Source: Rhizomicrobium sp. | GTDB lineage: Bacteria > Pseudomonadota > Alphaproteobacteria > Micropepsales > Micropepsaceae | Direction of reading: 5' to 3' | NCBI GenBank assembly: GCA_036564785.1 | Contig: DATCOJ010000063.1 | Span: 6,692 to 30,691 of the forward strand | DNA: 24,000 nucleotides | Shown here: piece by piece, positions 7,174 through 14,832 of the stretch | Layout of the letters: every line of letters begins with the position of its first letter | Numbering within the stretch: the stretch's first letter is position 1 | Translations under genes and position numbers: made by a program | Notes under the pieces: generated by a model | What the model saw: only the letters and a program-made list of their open reading frames with translations | Told to the model about the DNA's origin: nothing | The model's database searches: none

Positions 7174-8177
7174 GCATCGATTTCGTGCCGCTGTGGACCG
7201 CTATCCTCGCCGCCGGCGTGTTCCTCTACGTGCTGCTGGACGGCTTCGACCTCGGCGTCGGCATCCTCTATCGCTTCGCGCCCGACACCAATGCGCGCAA
7301 CCTGCTGATGAACTCCATCGCCCCGGTGTGGGACGGCAACGAGACCTGGCTGGTGCTGGGCGGCGTGGCGCTGCTGGCGGCCTTCCCGCTCGCTTTCGCC
7401 ATCATCATGCCGGCGGTCTATTTCCCGGTGGCGATCATGCTGCTGGCGCTCGCCTTCCGCGGCGTCGCCTTCGAGTTCCGCTTCCGCGATACCGAGCGGC
7501 GCACCTTCTGGGACCATGCCTTCACCAACGGCTCGCTGGTGGCGACCTTCGCGCAGGGCATCGTGCTCGGCGCTTTTATCCAGGGCTTCCAGGTGGAGGG
7601 GCGTCACTTCACCGGCAGCTCGCTCGACTGCTTCACGCCGTTCTCGCTGTTCACCGGCGCGGCGCTGGTGTTCGGCTACGGCTTGTTGGGGGCCGGCTGG
7701 CTGATCCTCAAGACGGAAGGCGAGCTGCAGAGCCTGGCGCGGCGCTGGGGCCGCTGGTGCTTCCTCGGCACCCTGATCGCGGTCGGCATCGTCAGCCTGT
7801 GGACGCCGCTGATGGACCATGAGATCGCGCAGCGCTGGTTTGCCTGGCCCAACATCCTGTTCCTGGCGCCGGTGCCGGTGGTGACCGCGCTGCTGGCGTG
7901 GCTGGAATGGCGCTCGCTGAACAATCCGCAGGCCGAGTTCGCGCCGTTCCTGTGGGCGATCCTGCTGTTCGTGATGTCCTATCTCGGCATCGCCATCAGC
8001 CTGTGGCCGATGATTGTGCCGCACCGCTATACGTTGTGGCAGGCCGCCTCATCGCCCGACACCCAGGCCTTCATGCTGGTGGGAACGGTGTTCCTGCTGC
8101 CGGTGATCCTGATGTACACGGCGTGGTCTTATTGGGTGTTCCGCGGCAAGGTGAAGGCCGATATCGGCTACCACTGA
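7170..8177 (+). CDS. cydB: Cytochrome bd-type ubiquinol oxidase subunit II (335 aa)
   Basis: An ATGA overlap with the cydA stop (7170-7173) couples the two genes. The sequence begins MSIDFVPLWTAILAAGVFLYVLLDGFDLGVGIL and includes APVWDGNETWLVLGG. It is a typical polytopic CydB. Confidence 0.9.
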   Translation: MSIDFVPLWTAILAAGVFLYVLLDGFDLGVGILYRFAPDTNARNLLMNSIAPVWDGNETWLVLGGVALLAAFPLAFAIIMPAVYFPVAIMLLALAFRGVAFEFRFRDTERRTFWDHAFTNGSLVATFAQGIVLGAFIQGFQVEGRHFTGSSLDCFTPFSLFTGAALVFGYGLLGAGWLILKTEGELQSLARRWGRWCFLGTLIAVGIVSLWTPLMDHEIAQRWFAWPNILFLAPVPVVTALLAWLEWRSLNNPQAEFAPFLWAILLFVMSYLGIAISLWPMIVPHRYTLWQAASSPDTQAFMLVGTVFLLPVILMYTAWSYWVFRGKVKADIGYH

Positions 8178-8198
8178 TTTCGCGTTATACTCCTGAGC

Positions 8199-8948
8199 AT
8201 GGCGGAAGCGAGGAACGTCCTCATCACCGGTGCGGCGAAGCGGCTGGGCCGCGCCATCGCGCTCGACCTGGCGCGCCACGGCTGGAACGTCGCCATCCAT
8301 CATCACAGCTCGGAACGCGAAGCACGCGTGACCGCGGATGACGCCCGCGCGGCCGGCGCGCGCACCGCACTGATCAAGGCCGATCTGTCGCGCGAGGAGG
8401 AAACGGCGGAGATCGTTCCGCAGGCGGCGAAGGAATTGGGACCGCTGACGGCACTCATCAACTCGGCGTCCGTGTTCCAGAACGACAAATGGTACAGCGC
8501 CGACCGCGCCTCGTGGGACGCGCATCTGAACGTCAATCTGCGCGCGCCGCTGGTGCTGAGCCAGGGCTTCGCCAGGCAGCTGCCGCGCGAGGCGGACGGC
8601 GCCATCGTCAACCTGCTCGACCAGCGGCTGTTCCGCCCCGGTCCGGATTTTCTCTCCTACGGCGTCAGCCGCGCCGGGCTTCACTGGCTGACCACCACGC
8701 TGGCGCAGGCGCTGGCGCCGCGCATCCGCGTCAACGCCGTGGCGCCAGGACCCACGCTCAAGGCCGCGCGCCAAAGCGCGGCGCATTTCGAGCGCGAGCG
8801 CAAGGCGACGCTGCTCGGCCGCGGCTCCGATCCACAGGACATCTGCGACGCCGTGCGCTACCTTCTGGACGCGCGCGCCGTGACCGGACAAACCATCGCG
8901 GTCGACGGCGGCCAGCACCTGTTCGTGCCGGCGAGCGAGGGGGAGTGA
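8199..8948 (+). CDS. Short-chain dehydrogenase/reductase, pteridine-reductase (PTR1/FolM)-like (249 aa)
   Basis: The cofactor motif is NVLITGAAKRLGRAIALDL, a TGAAKRLG-type glycine-rich loop as in PTR1-like SDRs (from memory). NSAS is present. The active-site region reads SYGVSRAGL (Y-x3-R rather than Y-x3-K). It is translationally coupled to folB through a TGATG overlap at 8946-8950. Confidence 0.85.
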   Translation: MAEARNVLITGAAKRLGRAIALDLARHGWNVAIHHHSSEREARVTADDARAAGARTALIKADLSREEETAEIVPQAAKELGPLTALINSASVFQNDKWYSADRASWDAHLNVNLRAPLVLSQGFARQLPREADGAIVNLLDQRLFRPGPDFLSYGVSRAGLHWLTTTLAQALAPRIRVNAVAPGPTLKAARQSAAHFERERKATLLGRGSDPQDICDAVRYLLDARAVTGQTIAVDGGQHLFVPASEGE

Positions 8949-9328
8949 TGAAGATCGCCGATTCGGCCGATGCGGTGCGCCATGTGTTCATCCGCAACCT
9001 CGAAGTGCTGGCGCATATCGGCGTGCACGGTCACGAGCGCGGCAAGCCGCAGCCGGTGCGCATCAATGTCGATCTCGCGGTGGAAGATTCGGCGAAGCTC
9101 GAAGACCGGCTGGAGAACGTGGTCGACTACGAAGCCATCACGGCAAAGATCCGCACCATCGTGGCGGCCGGCCATATCAATCTCGCCGAGACCCTGGCCG
9201 AGCGCATCGCCCAATCCTGCTTCGAGGATCAGCGGGTGAAGCGCGCGCGGGTGCGGGTGGAGAAGCTGCATGCGCTGCCCGGCGCGGAGGCTGGCGGCGT
9301 GGAAATCGAGCGCGCGCGGAGCGATTGA
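8948..9328 (+). CDS. folB: Dihydroneopterin aldolase family protein (FolB; a FolX-like epimerase is not excluded), 126 aa
   Basis: ATG 8948 overlaps the SDR stop. VFIRNLEVLAHIGVHGHERGKPQPVRINVDL...VVDYEAI...NLAETLAERIA...VRVEKL fits the FolB tunnel-fold family pattern. Confidence 0.8.
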   Translation: MKIADSADAVRHVFIRNLEVLAHIGVHGHERGKPQPVRINVDLAVEDSAKLEDRLENVVDYEAITAKIRTIVAAGHINLAETLAERIAQSCFEDQRVKRARVRVEKLHALPGAEAGGVEIERARSD

Positions 9329-9427
9329 CCCAAGGCGCCGCCACACCGGTTTTTGACTTGCGCCTGGCCGCCTTTCCCGGGAAGAGTTGCCGCCAGCACC
9401 ATCCCCGGGGGTTCCGTGAGCCAAGGC

Positions 9428-10837
9428 ATGACCACAGCGGAGTCCGCTGACACGTCCGAGCGCGCCAAGCGCGACACCCGCTTCCTCGGCCATCCCGTCG
9501 GGCTTGGCTGGCTGTCGGCCTCCGAATTCTGGGAGCGCTTTTCCTATTACGGCATGCAGACGCTGCTGGTGCTCTATCTCACCCACTACCTGCTGCAGCC
9601 CGGCCAGATCGAGCAGGTGTGGGGCTTCGATGGGTTCCGGCGGTTCCTCGGCTGGCTCTACGGCGCACAGTCGACGATGGCGCTGGCTTCCAACACGGCG
9701 CAGCTCTATGCCGCGCTGGTCTACGTGACGCCGCTGGCCGGCGGCTTTCTCGCCGACCGCCTGATCGGGCGCACCACCACCGTCACCCTCGGCGCCACAC
9801 TGATGGTCATCGGCACCTTCCTGCTGGCGCTCAATTCGACCTTCCTGCTGGCGCTCATGCTGCTGTTGTTCGGCGTGGGCTGCTTCAAGGGCAATATCGC
9901 CAGCCAGGTGGGCGACCTCTACCGCATCGACGATCCGCGCCGCGCCGACGGATTCCAGATCTACTTCCTGGGCATCCAGCTGGCGGTGATCATCTCGCCC
10001 TTCGTCTGCGGCACCTTGGGGCAGCGGGTCGACTGGCATCTGGGATTCGTCGCCGCCGGCGTGGGCATGGTGCTCGGCTTGGCCATCTACCTCACCGGCC
10101 GGCGCACCTTCCCGCCGGAGCCGCTGCGCAAGAAGGGCGACCATGTCGAGCGGCCACCGCTCACCGCGCGCGACTGGAAGGCGGTGATCCTGCTGGTGGC
10201 GCTGCTGCCGGTGCTGGCGCTCTCCATCGTCGGCAATCAGGAGATTTTCGACGCCTATCTGGTGTGGGGCGAGAAGGCGTTCCAGACGGTGTTCTTCGGC
10301 TTCAACATGCCGATCACCTGGCTGGTCTCGCTCGACGCCTTCGTCAGCACCGTCACCATGATCGGCGTAATCGCCTTCTGGCGCTGGTACGGCAGGCATT
10401 GGAAAGAGCCCGACGAGATCACCAAGATCGTCATCGGCGTGGCGATCAGCGCGACGGGGCCGCTGGTGCTGGCCGGTTGCGCGGCGGTGGCGAAGTCCAC
10501 GGGCCATCCGGTGCCGCTCTATTGGGCGCTGGGCTTCCACATCCTGAACGATGTCGGCTTCGCCAACGTGCTGCCGGTGGGACTGGCGCTCTATTCGCGC
10601 GCCGCGCCGAAAGGCCTCGGCGGCATCATGATCGCCGTCTACTACCTGCACCTGTTCTTGGGCAACCTGCTGACCGGCTATCTGGGTGGGTTGCTTGGAA
10701 CCATGCCCGACGCCACGTTCTGGCTGATGCATGTGGCGCTGATGGCGATCTCCGCCGCGATCCTTCTCGTCGTCCGCATTGCCTTCGCCCATCTGGTAGC
10801 GCCGACCAAGGCGGACGTTCAGAGTCCGAACGGATAG
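9428..10837 (+). CDS. Proton-dependent oligopeptide transporter (POT/PTR2 family MFS), 469 aa
   Basis: ORF 9353..10837 (+); ATG 9428 is preferred (GTG 9416 is possible). The PTR2 signature is GLGWLSASEFWERFSYYGMQTLLVLYL, followed by ADRLIGRTTTV and 12 or more hydrophobic helices. Confidence 0.85.
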   Translation: MTTAESADTSERAKRDTRFLGHPVGLGWLSASEFWERFSYYGMQTLLVLYLTHYLLQPGQIEQVWGFDGFRRFLGWLYGAQSTMALASNTAQLYAALVYVTPLAGGFLADRLIGRTTTVTLGATLMVIGTFLLALNSTFLLALMLLLFGVGCFKGNIASQVGDLYRIDDPRRADGFQIYFLGIQLAVIISPFVCGTLGQRVDWHLGFVAAGVGMVLGLAIYLTGRRTFPPEPLRKKGDHVERPPLTARDWKAVILLVALLPVLALSIVGNQEIFDAYLVWGEKAFQTVFFGFNMPITWLVSLDAFVSTVTMIGVIAFWRWYGRHWKEPDEITKIVIGVAISATGPLVLAGCAAVAKSTGHPVPLYWALGFHILNDVGFANVLPVGLALYSRAAPKGLGGIMIAVYYLHLFLGNLLTGYLGGLLGTMPDATFWLMHVALMAISAAILLVVRIAFAHLVAPTKADVQSPNG

Positions 10838-10872
10838 GTCTCCGGCGCCGCCGCGCGGTTCCGGCAAAACAG

Positions 10873-10908
10873 AACGGCCGGGCGCCAAACCGGCACCCGG
10901 CCGTTTTC
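10873..10908. terminator. Bidirectional terminator hairpin between the convergent POT transporter gene and a secreted-protein gene
   Basis: A 10-bp stem pairs AACGGCCGGG (10873-10882) with CCCGGCCGTT (10896-10905). T4 follows on the + strand and CTGTTTTG follows on the - strand. Confidence 0.6.
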
Positions 10909-10926
10909 GGTGTCAAACGCGCGTCG

Positions 10927-11355
10927 TCAGCAGGTCACGTTGAGATGAAAGCGGTAGTCGGCAGGCGTCAAAGTCGCGGTCAGGAAGGTGGCGACGAAGA
11001 CGCCATTGGCGACGCCCTTGCGGCGCTGCACCACGATGAACCCCGGCACAACTTTGCTTTGCGCCTTGTGGCCGGCGATGGTCGCCGTGTAGGCGCACTT
11101 GCCCACGCCGCTGTTGAAGTCCACCTCATATTGGCCCTTGGCGAGATGCAGAGCGGCGGAGACGTTGCGGCCGCGTTCCAGTTTGCCGCTTGCGCCAATC
11201 ACGGCCCAGCCGCCTTGGCCGGCGGGCTCCTGACCGTCGGCGGCGTTCGCGGTCGAGCCGGCAGCCGCCGGCGGCTGTTCATCGCTTGCGGCGATTGCAG
11301 GAATTGCGGCGAGCGCCAGGCACGCGGCGGCGCCGAACAAAGCATTGCGATGCAT
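10927..11355 (-). CDS. Secreted protein of unknown function (142 aa)
   Basis: ORF 10927..11427 (-). The preferred start is M25 (rc ATG 11353-11355) with GAGGAG 6 nt upstream. The signal peptide is MHRNALFGAAACLALAAIPAIA|ASD. A low-complexity A/G/P linker precedes a beta-rich body with two Cys (GKCAY and the C-terminal VTC). Confidence 0.65.
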   Translation of the reverse strand: MHRNALFGAAACLALAAIPAIAASDEQPPAAAGSTANAADGQEPAGQGGWAVIGASGKLERGRNVSAALHLAKGQYEVDFNSGVGKCAYTATIAGHKAQSKVVPGFIVVQRRKGVANGVFVATFLTATLTPADYRFHLNVTC

Positions 11356-11565
11356 GACTATCTCCTCGATCCCTTCGACAGCCGCACGAGACCCCGGTTG
11401 CCGTTCGTCTCTGCAAGCAATCGGCAAGAGTAGCGTTCCGTCACAATGAAAATCGCGGTTAGCGAATGCCTAACCGCGAAGTTACAGCCCAATCGAAGCA
11501 AGTGCCGTCGCGCGGGAGATTTCCGGCTTTGCGCGAGGCCGAAGGGCCGCCTATATGCTGACGTC

Positions 11566-13452
11566 ATGGCCGATCGCCAATCGAGGAGCGAAAGCGAGGC
11601 GGCGCCGCTGAAGGGGCCGGCGCGCATCGCTGCATACCTGAAGACCCTGCCCGACGCGCCCGGCGTCTACCGCATGATGGATGCGGCAGGCGCGGTGCTC
11701 TATGTCGGCAAGGCCAGGAGCCTGAAGAAGCGGGTGACGGCCTACGCCAAATCCGGCGGCCATACCGAGCGGATCGCGCGGATGATCGCCGAGACGGCGG
11801 AGATGCTCTTCATCACCACGGCGTCCGAGATCGAGGCGCTGCTGCTGGAATCCAACCTGATCAAGCGGCTGAAGCCGCGCTACAATGTCTCCTACCGCGA
11901 CGACAAATCCTTCCCCAACATCCTGCTGCGCGAGGACCACCAATTTCCGCAGCTGTTGAAGCATCGCGGCGCCAAATCGACCAAGGGAATCTATTTCGGA
12001 CCCTTCGCCAGCGCCGGCGCGGTCAACCGCACGCTCAACACCTTGCAGCGCGCCTTCCTGCTGCGCTCCTGCTCGGATTCGGTGTTCGAATCGCGGACCC
12101 GCCCGTGCCTCTTGTTCCAGATCAAGCGCTGCAGCGCGCCCTGCACCCAGCGCATCGACCAGGCCGGCTACGGCGAGCTGGTGCGCGAGGCGGAGCTGTT
12201 CCTCAACGGCAAGAGCCGTGCGGTGCAGGACATTCTGGCCAAGGACATGAATGCGGCCTCCGAAGCGCTCGATTTCGAGCGGGCGGCGCGCTACCGCGAC
12301 CGCATCCGCGCCATGAGCCACATCCAGCTGCACCAGGGGATCAACCCGACCACCTTCGCGGAGGCCGATGTGTTCGCCGCCTTCAGCCAGGGCGGCGAAA
12401 CCTGCATCCAGGTGTTCTTCTTCCGCGCCGGGCAGAACTGGGGCAACCGTCCCTACTTCCCGCGCCACCCCCGCGAGCTCTCGGTCGAGGAGGTGCTCGA
12501 ATCCTTCGTCGGCCAGTTCTACGACGAGCGCGAGGCGCCCAAGCTGATCCTGCTGTCGCATGAGATCCCAAACGGCGCGCTGCTCGCCGAGGCGCTGTCC
12601 ACACGGCAGAATTTCAAGGTCGAAATCGCGGTGCCGCAGCGGGGCGAGAAGCGCGAAATCATGGACATGGCGCTGCAGAACGCGCGCGAGCAACTCGGCC
12701 GCCGCCTCGCGGAGAACTCCGCGCAGCGCGAATTGCTGGAGGGCGTGGCCGACGCCTTCGGGCTGGAGGCGCCGCCGCGCCGCATCGAGGTCTACGACAA
12801 CTCCCACATTTCGGGCACCAATGCGCTCGGCGCCATGATCGTGGCAGGGCCGGACGGCTTCGAGAAAGGTGAGTACCGCAAATTCAACATCAAGTCGGCG
12901 GAACTCGTGCCCGGCGACGACTACGCCATGATGCGCGAGGTGCTGACGCGCCGCTTCTCGCGCCTCATCAAGGAGAACGAAGCGGACGAAGCCAAGGCCA
13001 AATGGCCGAACGTGGTCTTGATCGACGGCGGACCGGGACAGCTGGCGATCGCCTGCCAGGTGTTCGCCGATCTGGGCGTGGAGGACGTGGCGCTGGTCGC
13101 CATTTCCAAGGGTCCGGACCGCGATGCCGGCCGCGAGCATTTCTACCTGCCCAAGCGCGAGGCCTTCCGGCTCGATCCCAAGAGCCCGGTGCTCTACTAC
13201 CTGCAACGCCTGCGCGATGAGGCGCACCGATTCGCCATCGGCAGCCACCGCAAGAAGCGCTCCAAGGCGATCGGGGCCAATCCGCTGGACGAAATCGCGG
13301 GGGTGGGCTCCAGCCGCAAGCGGGCGCTGCTGCAGCATTTCGGCTCGGCGCGGGCGGTGGCCGGGGCGAGCCTCACCGATCTGGAATCGGTCGGCGGCGT
13401 CAGCCGGACGCTGGCAAAAAAAATCTACGACTTCTTCCACGCTGGCGGCTGA
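11566..13452 (+). CDS. uvrC: Excinuclease ABC subunit C (628 aa)
   Basis: ORF 11446..13452 (+); ATG 11566 is preferred. The GIY-YIG domain is present ([26 protein letters not shown]...YNV). The UVR motif is [13 protein letters not shown]. The C-terminal HhH segment is [21 protein letters not shown]. Confidence 0.92.
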   Translation: MADRQSRSESEAAPLKGPARIAAYLKTLPDAPGVYRMMDAAGAVLYVGKARSLKKRVTAYAKSGGHTERIARMIAETAEMLFITTASEIEALLLESNLIKRLKPRYNVSYRDDKSFPNILLREDHQFPQLLKHRGAKSTKGIYFGPFASAGAVNRTLNTLQRAFLLRSCSDSVFESRTRPCLLFQIKRCSAPCTQRIDQAGYGELVREAELFLNGKSRAVQDILAKDMNAASEALDFERAARYRDRIRAMSHIQLHQGINPTTFAEADVFAAFSQGGETCIQVFFFRAGQNWGNRPYFPRHPRELSVEEVLESFVGQFYDEREAPKLILLSHEIPNGALLAEALSTRQNFKVEIAVPQRGEKREIMDMALQNAREQLGRRLAENSAQRELLEGVADAFGLEAPPRRIEVYDNSHISGTNALGAMIVAGPDGFEKGEYRKFNIKSAELVPGDDYAMMREVLTRRFSRLIKENEADEAKAKWPNVVLIDGGPGQLAIACQVFADLGVEDVALVAISKGPDRDAGREHFYLPKREAFRLDPKSPVLYYLQRLRDEAHRFAIGSHRKKRSKAIGANPLDEIAGVGSSRKRALLQHFGSARAVAGASLTDLESVGGVSRTLAKKIYDFFHAGG

Positions 13453-13473
13453 GCGGGTGTTACACTAGACTCC

Positions 13474-14127
13474 ATGTTTCGGCTGCCGAACATCATTACC
13501 GTCGGGCGAATCGCTCTCGTACCGGTCTTCGCCCTCACCTTCGCCCTGCCCGGCACGGCGGCGCGGCTCACCGCCTTCGTCATCTTCTGCATCGCGGGCC
13601 TCAGCGACGCTTTCGACGGCCTGGCGGCGCGCAAGCTCAACGCCGGGAGCGATTTCGGCCGCATGCTCGATCCCATCGCCGACAAGATCCTGGTGGCGGT
13701 GGCGCTGATGATGCTGGTGGCGGAAGGCAACATCCAGCAGTTCAATCTCGATCTCACGCCTGGCTCCGGCCTGCGCAGCCTGCTCAAGCTGGTGCCGGCG
13801 CTGGTGATCCTGGCGCGCGAAATTCTCGTTTCGGGCCTGCGCGAATTCCTGGCCGGCGCCGCGGTGAGCATTCCCGTCACCGCCGTGGCCAAGGCCAAGA
13901 CCACAATCCAGATGATCGCAATCGGCGCCATGATCCTCGATCCGCTGGCGTGGCAGTGGCTGCCGGGCCCCCTCGGCCTGACCTATAGCAGCATCGCCTA
14001 TGGCGGGCTGTGGCTGGCCGCGGCGCTGACGGTCGCGACCGGTTATGCCTATTTCCGCGCCGGGCTCGCCCATCTGCATCCGAAACGTGCGCGGGCAGCC
14101 GAGCGCCGCGCCGGAGAGACCGCGTGA
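13474..14127 (+). CDS. pgsA: CDP-diacylglycerol--glycerol-3-phosphate 3-phosphatidyltransferase (217 aa)
   Basis: The CDP-alcohol phosphatidyltransferase motif is DAFDGLAARKLNAGSDFGRMLDPIADK (D-x2-DG-x2-AR...G-x3-D-x3-D). The protein is polytopic. uvrC-pgsA adjacency is common in alphaproteobacteria. Confidence 0.88.
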   Translation: MFRLPNIITVGRIALVPVFALTFALPGTAARLTAFVIFCIAGLSDAFDGLAARKLNAGSDFGRMLDPIADKILVAVALMMLVAEGNIQQFNLDLTPGSGLRSLLKLVPALVILAREILVSGLREFLAGAAVSIPVTAVAKAKTTIQMIAIGAMILDPLAWQWLPGPLGLTYSSIAYGGLWLAAALTVATGYAYFRAGLAHLHPKRARAAERRAGETA

Positions 14128-14375
14128 CCTTGCTCTATTTCGCCTGGGTCCGGCAGAAGATCGGGCGCAGCGAGGAACGGCTGGTTCTCCCGGAAGGCGT
14201 TCGCACGGTGGGCGATTTGCTGGCGCATCTCGGCGCCCGCGGCGGCGGCTATGGCGAAGCCTTCGCCGATACGTCGCGGCTGCGCGCGGCCCTCAACCAG
14301 GCACATGTCGGCCTCGACGCCGTTGTGCGCGACGAGGATGAAGTCGCCTTCTTTCCGCCGGTGACCGGGGGATGA
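14124..14375 (+). CDS. moaD: Molybdopterin synthase sulfur-carrier subunit (83 aa)
   Basis: GTG 14124 overlaps the pgsA stop (GTGA). The ubiquitin-like small protein ends in ...FFPPVTGG, the obligatory C-terminal Gly-Gly. An ATGA overlap links it to moaE. Confidence 0.85.
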   Translation: MTLLYFAWVRQKIGRSEERLVLPEGVRTVGDLLAHLGARGGGYGEAFADTSRLRAALNQAHVGLDAVVRDEDEVAFFPPVTGG

Positions 14376-14821
14376 GCGCGCGCATTCAAGTGCAGACCGA
14401 CGACTTCGACGCCGGAGCCGAAATCGCGACGCTGGCAGAGGCCTCCGGCGGAGTCGGCGCGGTGGCGAGTTTCGTCGGCGTGGTGCGCAGCACAGACGGC
14501 GTCACCTCCATGACCCTGGAGCATTATCCCGGCATGACCGAGCGGGAGATCGCGCATCATGTCGCGGAGGCGCAGGCGCGCTGGCCGCTGCTCGGCCTCA
14601 CCGTCATCCATCGTATCGGCAAACTCGCGGTCGGCGACGCCATCGTGTTGGTCGCCGCGGCTTCGGCGCATCGCCAAGCCGCCTTCGCGGCATGTGAATT
14701 CCTGGTCGACTACCTGAAGACCCGCGCGCCGTTCTGGAAGCTGGAGGAGCGCGGCGGCAACACCGATTGGGTCTCAGCCCGCGCCGAAGACGACGACGCA
14801 GCCGAGCGCTGGCGACGATAG
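14372..14821 (+). CDS. moaE: Molybdopterin synthase catalytic subunit (149 aa)
   Basis: GAVASFVGVVR...LEHYPGMTE...IHRIGKLAVGDAIVLVAAASAHRQAAFAACEFLVDYLKTRAPFWK is the typical MoaE pattern. Confidence 0.9.
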   Translation: MSARIQVQTDDFDAGAEIATLAEASGGVGAVASFVGVVRSTDGVTSMTLEHYPGMTEREIAHHVAEAQARWPLLGLTVIHRIGKLAVGDAIVLVAAASAHRQAAFAACEFLVDYLKTRAPFWKLEERGGNTDWVSARAEDDDAAERWRR

Positions 14822-14832
14822 AAGGGGCGAGC

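Noticed and set aside
7020-8024. 334-aa minus-strand ORF, and similar ORFs at 5854..6708, 3839..4687, 8049..8918, 2524..3216 and 19293..20597
   Set aside because: All are antisense shadows of well-supported genes (cydA, cydB, the peptidases, the SDR and the kinase).
8858-10888. 676-aa minus-strand ORF, the second longest in the track
   Set aside because: It is antisense to folB and the POT transporter. Its translation is dominated by R/A/G/H/Q/D repeats with no motifs, TM segments or SD. This is the typical high-GC shadow frame of strongly supported + strand genes.
9619-11433. 604-aa plus-strand ORF
   Set aside because: It is an alternative frame of the POT transporter running on into antisense of the secreted-protein gene. 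Its composition is Arg/Gly/Ala/His-rich with no motifs.
11356-11565. Possible alphaproteobacterial LexA box (GTTC-N7-GTTC) upstream of uvrC
   Set aside because: GTTC occurs (e.g. at 11435-11438 and in CCGTTCG near 11402), but no second GTTC lies at the required 7-nt spacing.
11551-13440. 629-aa minus-strand ORF
   Set aside because: It is an exact antisense shadow of uvrC, whose GIY-YIG, UVR and HhH motifs are unambiguous on the + strand.
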